DNA of 64,000 nt from Candidatus Eiseniibacteriota bacterium (GCA_963762255.1 CAVXKA010000002.1:32001-96000), one strand, 5' to 3'; positions 17,796 to 27,766 are shown, counted from the stretch's first letter. A program made the numbers and translations. The notes: generated by a model not told the origin, from the letters alone.

Positions 17796-19937
17796 ATGAT
17801 GCGGACGATCGCTGTTCTTGCTGGATTGCTATTCACCACGTCCGCCGCGTACGCAGCCGTGGACTTGAATGCCGCCGCGGTGGGCTCAGGACCCTATTAC
17901 CTCGATCAGGCCGGGACCACCTACCGGCTGCTCGAGGACGTCGCGGTGCCGGGGAGCGCCTTCGTGTTCGCCGCAAACAACGTGACGCTGGATTTGAACG
18001 GCCACACCGTCACTTTCGGCATGAGCCCGGGGGCGTACCGGTACGGGGTGGCGGTGCCCCCTCCCTATCCCCACGCCAACCGGGTGTGGGCGGAGTCAGA
18101 CATCCGCGTGTGGGCGGGAGCCACCGGCGCGGTCATGAAGAACGGGCGCGTGGTGCAGGGAGCCGGCCGTGCCGATAGTTGCGGTGCGGTGACCTTATAC
18201 GCGCAGAACTCGGTCACCATCACCGGTCTCGACATCCTCATCTTCGGCGACGACACCTACGCCATCCGGGGCGAGGAGAGCAGTAACTGCCTCATTTACA
18301 GCAATACCATCACCGACAGCACCCAGGTGGTGACCAACCGCCATCAGGGGAGGGCCGCCATCGACCTTTTGGCCATGGCGGATGGCCCCGTCGAGATCTT
18401 CAACAACACGCTGCACAACTGCCGTCAGTGGGGCATCCGGGTGGGGCGGCGCCGGCCGGTGACGGTTTGGGGTCACATCTACAACAACCAGATCAACTTG
18501 AACACGATTGTCGTCAACGGCTACGGCGTCGAGGTGTATTCGGACTTGATGGAGGTGTACGGCAACACCATCCGGGCAACGAACGGGCGGGGCATCCATC
18601 TTGACGGTTCCATGTCCCCCCGCATCCACGACAACGATATCATTGCTACCGAGCGCTCCACGGGAGAGTACAACCGGGCTGCCGCCCACGGGATCAAGCT
18701 GGAGAACTGCAACGACGCCGACGTTTACGGCAACACCGTGCTCTCCTACGGCGTGACGGACATCGCCGACCAACAGAGCCTGGGCTCGGCCTTGAGTCTT
18801 TCCCTGGGTGCGAACACGGTGAACCACGTCCATGACAATCGGTTCACCGCCCTTCACCTCGGCGGGGCGGCATTCAGGCTCGAGGACTACGGCAACTACG
18901 CCACGCCGATTGAGTTGTTTGAAGCGGACCCCACCGCGAAGATCACCATCGAGAACAACGTCTTTTCCAGCAATGATCGGATGTTCGCGGCGATCGCCTG
19001 GCTCGGGCCGGACGGCCAGCCTGCCCCCGGAGAGAACATCGTGCTGCGGGGGAACACCTTTCTTCGCAACAACGGGGGGGTGCCCACCGGCCGACCGGAG
19101 ATGCTCGTCATCGGGTCGAACTTCTCCAATCTGGTCTTCCAGGACTGCACTTACGGTGCGGGAGTCGATCTGCATCGCTTCACGCCCGGATGGCCCTGGA
19201 TGCTCTGCTCGTGGAGCGTGGGTTGGTCGGGGACCGCGCGGGTGGTGGATCCCGAGGGCTCCGCGGTGGCGGGGGCCACCGTGAGCGCGGTCGACGTCTC
19301 GGGCACGACGGTCACGAGCGCGATCACCGATGCCTCGGGGAGCGCCCCGCTCGCCCTCCCCATGTTCTCCGTTTCGACTTCGGGTGAACCGTACGAGCAT
19401 CTGGATCGAGTGGTCGAGCACAACCCGTACGTGCTGCAGGCCACCGTCGGTGGCTCGACCGTGCAGGCCACCGCCACTCCGAGCGCCCCCGGCGGAAGCT
19501 GGACCCTCACAACCGACGGCGGTACCGTGGATCCGCCGCCGCCACCTCCCGTGACGCCGCCGGGAGTAGGGGACTTCGGCTGGGCGTTCCAGGTTCTCAC
19601 TACATCGCCCTCGGCTGGGCCGGCGTCTGCACCGCCCGGAGCGGAGCTCCGCTGGATGTTCAACGAACCGGTCAGTCTGGGCTCGTTGAATTCCGGCACG
19701 CTCGCGGTCGTCGGCTCGACCACCGGCCTCGTCGCCGGCCAGATCGATCTTGGTCTCAACGGACGCTTGGTGATCTTCCGTCCGGCGTCGTTACTCGCCG
19801 TGGGGGAGACGATCACCGCCCGGCTGTCCGGGGTGGTGCGGAGCGCCTCCGGGCATTATCTGGACGGCAATCGCGATGGACGCACCGAGGGCAGCGATGC
19901 CGACGCGTTCACGCTGATCTTCGCGGTCTCCGACTAG
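17796..19937 (+). CDS. secreted right-handed parallel beta-helix protein with C-terminal Ig-like domains
   Basis: RBS GAGGAG, signal peptide (..AAYA), Asn-ladder repeats (IYSNTI, IFNNTL, IYNNQI, VYGNTI, IHDNDI), carboxypeptidase-regulatory-like domain, poly-Pro linker, Big_5-like domain. Confidence 0.8.
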   Translation: MMRTIAVLAGLLFTTSAAYAAVDLNAAAVGSGPYYLDQAGTTYRLLEDVAVPGSAFVFAANNVTLDLNGHTVTFGMSPGAYRYGVAVPPPYPHANRVWAESDIRVWAGATGAVMKNGRVVQGAGRADSCGAVTLYAQNSVTITGLDILIFGDDTYAIRGEESSNCLIYSNTITDSTQVVTNRHQGRAAIDLLAMADGPVEIFNNTLHNCRQWGIRVGRRRPVTVWGHIYNNQINLNTIVVNGYGVEVYSDLMEVYGNTIRATNGRGIHLDGSMSPRIHDNDIIATERSTGEYNRAAAHGIKLENCNDADVYGNTVLSYGVTDIADQQSLGSALSLSLGANTVNHVHDNRFTALHLGGAAFRLEDYGNYATPIELFEADPTAKITIENNVFSSNDRMFAAIAWLGPDGQPAPGENIVLRGNTFLRNNGGVPTGRPEMLVIGSNFSNLVFQDCTYGAGVDLHRFTPGWPWMLCSWSVGWSGTARVVDPEGSAVAGATVSAVDVSGTTVTSAITDASGSAPLALPMFSVSTSGEPYEHLDRVVEHNPYVLQATVGGSTVQATATPSAPGGSWTLTTDGGTVDPPPPPPVTPPGVGDFGWAFQVLTTSPSAGPASAPPGAELRWMFNEPVSLGSLNSGTLAVVGSTTGLVAGQIDLGLNGRLVIFRPASLLAVGETITARLSGVVRSASGHYLDGNRDGRTEGSDADAFTLIFAVSD

Positions 19938-19956
19938 CCGCGCTATAGGGGGGGAC

Positions 19957-21156
19957 ATGACTCGATCGAGGACACGGGTCCGGGCCATGCTCTGGCTTGG
20001 GCTCGCCGCCCTGGTGTTGGCCTTTCCGGCCAAAGGGGCATACTCCATCCTGCGGTGGGGGGCGGCGGGCTGGTTTCCGGGCTACGTGGCCTGGCGGCTT
20101 GGTCCCCGCGAGACCGCTCCCGACTCCCTCACGCACGTCGTCTTCGTCATGGTCGACCACTACGAGCCGGGGACGGGCGCTCGCGGCACCACGGGGAGCC
20201 TGGAGTGGCTCGCGACCTTCCGGGCGATTTCGGATCGCCACCGCGACGCATCGGGGCGTCGCTTCCAGTATTCGTGGTTCTACCCGTACGACCACAAGAA
20301 CGCCGCGGTGCTGCAGCAGTTGAACCGGATGGTCTACGACGGGTACGGTGAGGTCGAGCTGCACTGGCACCACCCCGCGTCGGACAGCGCGACGTTTCCA
20401 GCGGAACTCGCCGAGGCGTTGGCGTGGTACCGGGGCTATGGCGCGCTGATCGCCGCCGACTCCTCGCGCACGCAGCAGTACGGTTTCGTCCACGGCAATT
20501 GGGCCTTGGACGGCTCCACGAAGCTCTGCGGGGTGACCGACGAGATCTCGCTCCTGGAGCGCAGCGGCTGCTTTGCCGACTTCACCTTCTCGACGATCGG
20601 CACCCCCGCGCAGCCGAGCCGTATCAACAGCCTCTACTACGCCACCGATACCCCCGCCCCCAAGTCCTACGACGACGGCGAGGTTGTCAGCGTGGGACAT
20701 CCGGTGGAGGGAAAGCTCCTGATCTTCGAAGGCCCCCTGGGCTTCGACTTCGGGCGCATGGCCCTCGAGTACGGCGCGGTGGAGGACTATGCGCTCCCCA
20801 CCCGCCGGCGGGCAGAGCGGTGGATCGATACGGGCATTCACGTGCGCGGGCGCCCGGAATGGGTGTTCGTAAAGGTCTACAGCCACGGCGCGCAGAGCGC
20901 GGAAGCGATACTGGGCGGTGGGATGGACCGCATGCTCGACGACCTGCGTTCGGTCTGCGCCGAGCGGCGTATGACGCTGCACTTCATGACCGCACGCGAG
21001 GCCTACAACGTGGTGAAGGCGGCCGAGGCCGGGCTCTCGGGCGATCCCGGGGCCTGGCGCGACTATCGCCTCCCCCCGCCCTACAACCGCGTGGTCGCCG
21101 TCCCCGACACCATCGCATCCGCCGACTCGGCTCTGGCTTTTGGCGGAGCGCCCTGA
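19957..21156 (+). CDS. conserved hypothetical periplasmic protein, possible metal-dependent polysaccharide deacetylase/hydrolase
   Basis: N-terminal TM/signal; motifs VDHYEP, EVELHWHH, FVHGNWALD, ADFTF, WVFVKVYSHG. Confidence 0.6.
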   Translation: MTRSRTRVRAMLWLGLAALVLAFPAKGAYSILRWGAAGWFPGYVAWRLGPRETAPDSLTHVVFVMVDHYEPGTGARGTTGSLEWLATFRAISDRHRDASGRRFQYSWFYPYDHKNAAVLQQLNRMVYDGYGEVELHWHHPASDSATFPAELAEALAWYRGYGALIAADSSRTQQYGFVHGNWALDGSTKLCGVTDEISLLERSGCFADFTFSTIGTPAQPSRINSLYYATDTPAPKSYDDGEVVSVGHPVEGKLLIFEGPLGFDFGRMALEYGAVEDYALPTRRRAERWIDTGIHVRGRPEWVFVKVYSHGAQSAEAILGGGMDRMLDDLRSVCAERRMTLHFMTAREAYNVVKAAEAGLSGDPGAWRDYRLPPPYNRVVAVPDTIASADSALAFGGAP

Positions 21157-21159
21157 GCG

Positions 21160-22167
21160 ATGGCGGACGGCGCGCGCCCCCTGGTTCTCACCGACATTCC
21201 CGGTCAACCCGGCGGGTTCTGGGGTGAGCACACCACGCAGGTGGCGGCACCGAGGGTGAGCACTCTCTCTCGCCGGCTTCTCGGCAAGGGGGCCGCCGAC
21301 CGGATCACCGGCCTTGCGGTGGGGACCCTGCTCTTCCTGCGCCAGCGCCGGGCCCGCGCTCTGGTCACCGACGGAGCCACGGCCTCCGGCGTGCTGGCAA
21401 CACTGCAAACACTGTTCCCCTGGGGTCGGCGACCGCACGTCATGATCGCCCAACTTTACGTGCCGGCGTCGCGATGGGCGTACCGCGCCAAGCGTGTCCA
21501 ACTCGCCGTCATCGATCGCTCCGTGCACCGCTACGTGGTGTGGGCCTCGCACGAGATCGACGACTACCATGATGCCTTCGGTCTTCCCAAGGACAAGATG
21601 CGCTACGTACCGTTCCACACCACGCTGGACGGCTACGCCTACCGCGTGCGCGACGGCGGATACATCTTCGCCGGTGGCAACTACGATCGGGACTACCGCA
21701 CCCTGGTGGAAGCGGTGCGAAGGATCGACTTCCCGGTGTGGATCGCCACGACCCGCCCCGAGCAGCTCGATGGTGTGCCGATTCCGCCGCACGTACGCGT
21801 GGCGGGAACGACCCACGAGGGCTTTCGGGACGCCATGGCAGGGGCGACGGCCGTGGTCGTGCCGATGCAGAAGGGGCTTCTCCATTCCGGCGGCCAGCAG
21901 ACGCTTCTCAACGCCCTCGCCATGGGCAAGCCGGTGATCGCGGTGGGCGCGCGCTGGGCCGCGGACTGCATGACCTCGGGCGAGCACGGGCTCGCGGTGG
22001 ACTACGGGGATGTGGAGGGCCTCCAGAAGGCGATCCGCTGGGTGCTGGAGCATCCCGAGGAGGCGCGGGCGATGGCCGCCCGCGGGCGCGAGCGCGCGGC
22101 CTCGTTCACCACCCGCCGCTCGATGGAGGCTGTCTACCGCCTCGCGCTGAGGGAGGATCCGTCGTGA
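21160..22167 (+). CDS. GT4-like glycosyltransferase
   Basis: IFAGGNYDRDY.TL, VVVP....HSGGQQTLLNALAMGKPVI, G.AVDYGD. Confidence 0.8.
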   Translation: MADGARPLVLTDIPGQPGGFWGEHTTQVAAPRVSTLSRRLLGKGAADRITGLAVGTLLFLRQRRARALVTDGATASGVLATLQTLFPWGRRPHVMIAQLYVPASRWAYRAKRVQLAVIDRSVHRYVVWASHEIDDYHDAFGLPKDKMRYVPFHTTLDGYAYRVRDGGYIFAGGNYDRDYRTLVEAVRRIDFPVWIATTRPEQLDGVPIPPHVRVAGTTHEGFRDAMAGATAVVVPMQKGLLHSGGQQTLLNALAMGKPVIAVGARWAADCMTSGEHGLAVDYGDVEGLQKAIRWVLEHPEEARAMAARGRERAASFTTRRSMEAVYRLALREDPS

Positions 22168-23291
22168 GCCCGATCACGGTGGCCGAGTTCCGCTCCACCC
22201 ACACCACCGCCGGTGGCCCGGACAAGACCATCCTGTTCTCGGCAGCCGCCCACAATCCGGCGCGCGTGCGTGTCGTGCCGTTCTTCCTCGTGCCGCGCGG
22301 TGACGACGCCCCGGGGCTGCGGGATCTGGCGCGCGCGAGCGGCGTGGAGCCGGTCATGATCCCCGACGGAGGGCCGTTCGATTTCGCGCTTCTCTCGCGG
22401 ATGCAGCGGGAGCTGCGCGAGCGCGGCTGTCGCGTATTGCACACCCACGACTTCAAGACCGACGTGTTGGGGCTCTGGCTCGCGCGCCGCGTGCGAGGGC
22501 TGAGTCTTCTCGCGACCGCGCACGGCTGGTCCAACCTCCTGACGCGGCGCCAGAGGCTCTATCACGCCGCCGATGAGTGGGCGCTGCGCCGGTATCCACT
22601 CGTGGTGGCGGTCGCCGAGGCCACGGCGGTGAAGCTACGGGGCATCGGTGTGCGCGACGACCGGATCGTCGTGGTGCCGAACGGCGTCGACACGGCGCGG
22701 TGGCGCCCGCGCGCGACGCCGGATCCGCCGCCGCCTGGACTGCCGGCAGGGCGCCGCTTCGTGGGAACGGTGGGGCGCCTCTCCATCGACAAGGACATGG
22801 ACACGTTGCTCGCCGCGTTCGCCGCGATCGCGCCCGCGTACGCGGACGTGGATCTTCTGGTGATCGGGGAGGGCCCCGAGCGTCCCGCGCTCGAGCGGCG
22901 GGCGGCGGCGGGCGGTCTTGGGGAGCGCGTTCGCTTCCTCGGCCACCGCGGCGACACCGCGGACCTCTACGCGGCGATGGATGCTTTCGTGCTCTCTTCG
23001 CGCACCGAGGGAATGCCCAACACGCTCCTCGAGGCGATGGCGATGGGATGCCCGTGCGTGGTCACCCCGGTGGGTGGTGTGGCCGAAATCGCGCGAGACG
23101 GCGTGGAGGCGCTCTTCGTGCCACCGGGTGACGCGGGCGCGATGGCGGCGGCGTTGGGACGCGTGCTCACGGACGCGGCGCTTCGGGAATCCTTGGGGCG
23201 CGCGGCGCGCGTCCGCGTGGAGGGCGCCTTCTCGTTCGCGCGGCGGGTGAGGCGGATGGAGGAGATCTACGAGGGGCTCGCCCGCGTCTGA
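22164..23291 (+). CDS. GT4 family glycosyltransferase
   Basis: GTG 22164 (GTGA overlap); GGPDKTI, LHTHDFK, TAHGW, VPNGVD, GRLSIDK, SRTEGMPNTLLEAMA. Confidence 0.92.
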   Translation: MSPITVAEFRSTHTTAGGPDKTILFSAAAHNPARVRVVPFFLVPRGDDAPGLRDLARASGVEPVMIPDGGPFDFALLSRMQRELRERGCRVLHTHDFKTDVLGLWLARRVRGLSLLATAHGWSNLLTRRQRLYHAADEWALRRYPLVVAVAEATAVKLRGIGVRDDRIVVVPNGVDTARWRPRATPDPPPPGLPAGRRFVGTVGRLSIDKDMDTLLAAFAAIAPAYADVDLLVIGEGPERPALERRAAAGGLGERVRFLGHRGDTADLYAAMDAFVLSSRTEGMPNTLLEAMAMGCPCVVTPVGGVAEIARDGVEALFVPPGDAGAMAAALGRVLTDAALRESLGRAARVRVEGAFSFARRVRRMEEIYEGLARV

Positions 23292-23316
23292 TCCTCGGGT
23301 GACCTGCGCGCAGTGG

Positions 23317-24672
23317 CTACGCGCGACCCGCCCGCGCGTGCGAGACCACGAACTTGTGCTTGCCGCTGGGCGCGGGCGGGATGGACTCCACCACGCGGAC
23401 GCGCGCCGCCACGGAGGCGCCGACGAGCCTCGCGACCCCCGATTCGATCGCGGCGAGATCGGGCGGCGGCCCGGTCGGATCGCGCTCCACGAGGATCTCG
23501 ATCGCCTCGGCGCGCTCCTGCACGACCTGGAAGCGGCGCACCCCGGCGAGATCGTAGAAGAGGTGGCTGAAGACCTCGCCGTGGAGCGTACGGCCGTCCG
23601 GGGTAACGATGAAATCGCTTTCGCGTCCCACCAGCCGCGTCAGCCGCGCGAATGAACGCCCGCATGGACACGGACTGTCCGCCGCCACCGCGAGATCGCC
23701 GGTGGCGTAGCGCAAGAGCGGCATCGCGCTGTTGACGAGGTCGGTCACCACGACCTCGCCCGTCACGCCGGGCGCGCAGCGGCGTCCCTCGGCGTCCACC
23801 ACCTCCACGATGCGCCCGTACTCGAGAACGTGCAGTCCCGATAGGGTGGGGCATTCCGCGGCGAGGTTGTTGATCTCGCGACAGCCATAGAAATCGTGGA
23901 CGGGAGCGCCGAAAGCCCGGCCGATGCGCTCGCGCGCGGCGGGATGGAGCACTTCGGCGCTGGAGCGGACGGCGCGCGGGCGGATGCCGGTCATGTTGCG
24001 CGCGAGGAGGAAGCCGGCGAAGAGGTCGAGCACCCCCGCGTAGCCCACCACGTACTCGGGCCGCCAGCGCGTCAGCATATCGGCGAATTCCGCCATGCGC
24101 GCCTCTGTGAGGCGGAACGCGTTCAGCGCGCGGAAGCGGTGGAGGCGTTGAGCGAACCGTTCCTTCGCGGAGAATTCCGTGAACTCCCGGTCGGCTCCCC
24201 AGAGCGCGGCAGTGCGATCGCCGGGTGCCACATTCCACCATGCTTGCACGAGCATCTCGGCCGCGACGCCGTGATCGTGATAGCGATCGTCCTGATAAAA
24301 GGTCACCGGCTCGCCGGTGGAGCCGCCCGTAGCGTTGAGGCGCAGCGTCCCGCGCGGCGTGCCCGCTGGGACCATCGCCTCACGGTCCTGCTGCAGCTCG
24401 CGACGGCGGATCGGCGCCAGTTGTACGAGCGCCTCCAGCGACGGCACCGGACCGTGCGCGAGGCCGGCCGCCCGCAGTCGCTCGGCGGTGGCGGGAGCGC
24501 GCCACGCACGCTGCAGCAGGGCGTTGAGTCGCTCGAGCTGCTTTGCGGCGACGATCTGCGGCGAGGCCCACTGCAGACGGTTCATCTCCGCCAGCATGGC
24601 GGGAGCGCGGCTCCCCTTGCGCAGGAGGTTCAGGCGGTAGTACGCGCCGTACGCAGAGCGATAGAGGCTCAT
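23317..24672 (-). CDS. phenylacetate-CoA ligase-like (CapK family) adenylate-forming enzyme
   Basis: ATG 24672 (MSLYRS); ATGGSTGEP P-loop, SSAEVL, DFYGCRE, VTDLVNSAMPLLRYATGD, PSGKHK. Confidence 0.88.
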   Translation of the reverse strand: MSLYRSAYGAYYRLNLLRKGSRAPAMLAEMNRLQWASPQIVAAKQLERLNALLQRAWRAPATAERLRAAGLAHGPVPSLEALVQLAPIRRRELQQDREAMVPAGTPRGTLRLNATGGSTGEPVTFYQDDRYHDHGVAAEMLVQAWWNVAPGDRTAALWGADREFTEFSAKERFAQRLHRFRALNAFRLTEARMAEFADMLTRWRPEYVVGYAGVLDLFAGFLLARNMTGIRPRAVRSSAEVLHPAARERIGRAFGAPVHDFYGCREINNLAAECPTLSGLHVLEYGRIVEVVDAEGRRCAPGVTGEVVVTDLVNSAMPLLRYATGDLAVAADSPCPCGRSFARLTRLVGRESDFIVTPDGRTLHGEVFSHLFYDLAGVRRFQVVQERAEAIEILVERDPTGPPPDLAAIESGVARLVGASVAARVRVVESIPPAPSGKHKFVVSHARAGRA

Positions 24673-26204
24673 GATGCCGCCGCAGCGGTTCGGCGGCGAA
24701 GGCCGCCGAGGAACGCGAGCACGGCGCCGCGCTCTCCTCCGCGCAGCGCGAAGAACCAGACCCCCAGAGCGTAGGCGACCCCGCCGGTCAGAGCGTAGAC
24801 GACCAGACGCGGGTAATCGACGGCCTCGTGCAGCCGGCGAAGCCCGAAGAGCACAGCCGCGAAAAGGAGAGCGGCAGGAGCAAAGGTGAGCACGGTGCGG
24901 CGCAGGTGCTCCCAGGCGCCGAGCCCGAGCACCCGCAAGGAGAGAAAGAGCCAGGCGATCTCGGTGAAACCGCGGATGAGGAGCACGGAAAGACCCACCC
25001 CGGTCACGCCCGCGACCTTGGCGAGGAGGATGGTGAGCGGCACGCCGAGCACGGCGATGGAGAGCGTGAGCACCGCGGGCCAGCCGTGACGGTTCATACT
25101 CATCAAGAGGCGGCTCGAGTTGGGGGAGACGGCCTCGACGAGGAGCGCGGCACCCAGGCAGCGGATCACCCACGCCCCCTGCTCGGCGTATGCGGGCCCG
25201 ATCCAACGCGCGATGAAGGGGCCGCCAAGCCCCAGCATGCCCACGGCCATTCCGACCATCACGAACTGCAGCGCGCGGGTCGCGTTGAACCAGGCCTCTA
25301 ACGTCGCCGCGCGATCCCCCTTGCCGTCGAGCGCGCTGAAGTACGGCATGAGGGGAAAGCCCAGCGCGGCGCCGAGCCCGGCTGCATACAGGGCGAGACG
25401 GTTGGGGATCGCATAGAAGACGATCTGCCCCGCGCCCAGGATCCAGCCCATGATGATCGGCACCGATCCCGCCGCCACCCGGCCCGAGACCATCATCACC
25501 ATGCTCTTCATCCCGAAGGCATAGAGCTCGCGGATCATGTCCCGGTTCACGTGAGCGAGGCGGATTGACGGTGCCGGCTTGCGGGCGAGGCTCCACACTG
25601 CGAAGAAGCCGAACTGGAGGATGTTGGCTCCGAGCAGGATTGCGGAGAGCCAGACGAGTCCCGAGCCGGACCACCGCGTCAGCGCCACGTAGGTCACCGC
25701 GGCCTGTACCACCGCGAGGAAGACGCGAGCACCGTTCATGACGTAGTGGCGCTGCATTCCCATGAGGTAGGCGGTGAACGCGGTCCCGGAGAGTTGCACG
25801 AAGAAGTTGGCGCTGAGGAGGAGCGCCAGGAGCCTCACCTCCGGCACCGCCGCCGGATCGATGTTGAGGAGCCGGTGCGGCGAAAGGAGGAGGACGTTGG
25901 CGGCGAGAAAGCCGAAGAGGCCGGCACCAGCGAGCACGGCGAGCGCGGAACTGACCACCCGATTCATGGTTTCGCGGTCGTCCTGCGCGGCGGCGCGGGC
26001 GACGAAGCGGATGAACGCGGGCCCCACGCCCAGCTCCAGTATCGAGAGGTAGCCGAAGACGCTGAGGAAGATCTCCCACACGCCGTAGCCTCGGTCGCCC
26101 AGTTCGCGGACGACGACCGGGCTCAAGGCGAAGGCGATGACGAGGTTGACGCCGAAGAGCACGGCGCCCGAAACCGAGTTGGTGAAGACCTGCCGCTTTC
26201 TCAT
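24669..26204 (-). CDS. oligosaccharide flippase (Wzx/MOP family)
   Basis: MRKRQVFTNS start; SPVVVRELG..GYGVW, LELGVG.A..RFVA; about 14 TM helices; FIARWIGPAY. Confidence 0.88.
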   Translation of the reverse strand: MRKRQVFTNSVSGAVLFGVNLVIAFALSPVVVRELGDRGYGVWEIFLSVFGYLSILELGVGPAFIRFVARAAAQDDRETMNRVVSSALAVLAGAGLFGFLAANVLLLSPHRLLNIDPAAVPEVRLLALLLSANFFVQLSGTAFTAYLMGMQRHYVMNGARVFLAVVQAAVTYVALTRWSGSGLVWLSAILLGANILQFGFFAVWSLARKPAPSIRLAHVNRDMIRELYAFGMKSMVMMVSGRVAAGSVPIIMGWILGAGQIVFYAIPNRLALYAAGLGAALGFPLMPYFSALDGKGDRAATLEAWFNATRALQFVMVGMAVGMLGLGGPFIARWIGPAYAEQGAWVIRCLGAALLVEAVSPNSSRLLMSMNRHGWPAVLTLSIAVLGVPLTILLAKVAGVTGVGLSVLLIRGFTEIAWLFLSLRVLGLGAWEHLRRTVLTFAPAALLFAAVLFGLRRLHEAVDYPRLVVYALTGGVAYALGVWFFALRGGERGAVLAFLGGLRRRTAAAAS

Positions 26205-26335
26205 GCCACGGTTATCGGTGCTTGCCTCGCCTCGGTTTGGCTCCCTCTTGCCGGATGGGAGAGGCCATCTTACGACGCGACGGCGGGGATTGCGAGCGGC
26301 GACCCCCACACCGTAGAGTAACGCTCGGATTGAAC

Positions 26336-27712
26336 ATGAACCTCACCCAGCGGCTTCTCGACGTCCTTGCCCCGACCGTCCTCGATCCACTGGATCGATG
26401 GCGGCGCGGTGACCATTCCTCTTCGTTCGTAAAGGATGTGGAGCGGACGCTCGCCCTTCCCGCGGACCGCATCCGGGATCACCAACTCGCGCGGCTCCGC
26501 GCGGTCGCCGACCACGCGAATCGCCATACGCGCTTCTACGCCGGGCGCTTCGCCGAGGCCGGCATCGAGCGTCCCGGCGAGATGGGATGGTCGGATCTCG
26601 CGCGGCTCCCGTTCTTGACCCGGGAGGAGATGCGGTCCCGGGGCGAGGATCTCACGAGCGACGCCTTCCCGATCTCCGCGTGCGTGGCCTCGGCCACCGG
26701 GGGTACGATTTCATCTCCGGTCCGGTTCCTCCTCGACACGGGATCCTACTGGCGCCGCTGGGCGACCACGCAGGCCTTCGACCGCCAACTTGGCCATCGC
26801 CCCGGACTTCGCATGGTCTACCTCTGGGGCGCGCGGCAGGACATGCCCGCGCGTGAAACAGTGAAGAGACGCCTGCGCTCCGCGCTCGTGACGCGCACGA
26901 AGTACTACCCGTCGGCACTCCTCGACGACGCCGTCTTCGAGAGCTATGCGCGCGACCTGGCGGCGTTTCGCCCGCGGCTGCTCCAGGGCTACCCCACGCC
27001 GCTCGCCCTCTTCGCGGAATTCCTCCTGCGTCGCGGGATTCGCCCCGAGGTGGGGGCGGTCTCCTGCACCGCGGAGCCGCTCCTGGCCCCGCAGAGAGAC
27101 ACCATCCGCGCAGCCTTCGGCCGCGAACCCTTCAACTGGTACGGAGCGCGAGAGTGCGGCCGCATCGCCATGGAATGCGAGCGCCATGACGGTTTGCACC
27201 TGAACGTGTACGGCTTGCACGTGGAGGTGCTGCCGCTTCCCGGGATGATCGATCCCGGGCTCGGCGAGGTCGTCGTCACCGACCTCTGGAACCTCGCTTT
27301 CCCCCTGATCCGCTACCGCACCGGGGACCTCGCCCGGCTCGATCCTTCGCCGTGCCCCTGCGGCCTGTCGACCCAGCGTCTGCGGGACATCGTGGGCCGG
27401 ACCGCCGACGTCTTCGTGAACTCCCGCGGCCAGCGCGTGCCGGGAGTGGTGTTGCCGAGCAGGCTCGTCGCCGAGGGGAGCCGAGTGCGCGCGATGCAGA
27501 TCCTGCAGCACGCCGTCGGGCGGTTCGAAGTCCTCGTGGTTCCAGGCGCGCAGTACGACGATGGCGTCGAGGCGTGGCTGCGTGAACGCCTCGCTTCATA
27601 CATGAACGAAGAGATCGATCTCACCGTGCGCGTCGTAGAGAGGATCCCCGTCGAACCCTCCGGCAAGGCCCGATTCGCGAAGAACCTGATGCTCCCTGGC
27701 GCTACTCACTGA
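26336..27712 (+). CDS. phenylacetate-CoA ligase-like (CapK family) adenylate-forming enzyme
   Basis: ATGGTISSP P-loop, TAEPL, NWYGARE, VTDLWNLAFPLIRYRTGD, PSGKARF. Confidence 0.88.
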   Translation: MNLTQRLLDVLAPTVLDPLDRWRRGDHSSSFVKDVERTLALPADRIRDHQLARLRAVADHANRHTRFYAGRFAEAGIERPGEMGWSDLARLPFLTREEMRSRGEDLTSDAFPISACVASATGGTISSPVRFLLDTGSYWRRWATTQAFDRQLGHRPGLRMVYLWGARQDMPARETVKRRLRSALVTRTKYYPSALLDDAVFESYARDLAAFRPRLLQGYPTPLALFAEFLLRRGIRPEVGAVSCTAEPLLAPQRDTIRAAFGREPFNWYGARECGRIAMECERHDGLHLNVYGLHVEVLPLPGMIDPGLGEVVVTDLWNLAFPLIRYRTGDLARLDPSPCPCGLSTQRLRDIVGRTADVFVNSRGQRVPGVVLPSRLVAEGSRVRAMQILQHAVGRFEVLVVPGAQYDDGVEAWLRERLASYMNEEIDLTVRVVERIPVEPSGKARFAKNLMLPGATH

Positions 27713-27728
27713 TCCCTGCGCGTTTTCG

Positions 27729-27749
27729 GCATCCTCCGATCGGGGATGC
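27729..27749. terminator. possible hairpin between convergent genes
   Basis: GCATCCTC-cgatc-GGGGATGC 8-bp stem with one G:U; no U-tract. Confidence 0.25.
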
Positions 27750-27766
27750 GATCCATGAGGCTTCCC

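Noticed and set aside
26238-26252. TGGCTCCCTCTTGCC, resembling a sigma-54 promoter before the second CapK-like gene
   Set aside because: Spacing is GG-N9-GC; sigma-54 needs N10. Worth rechecking only if reads show a missing base.
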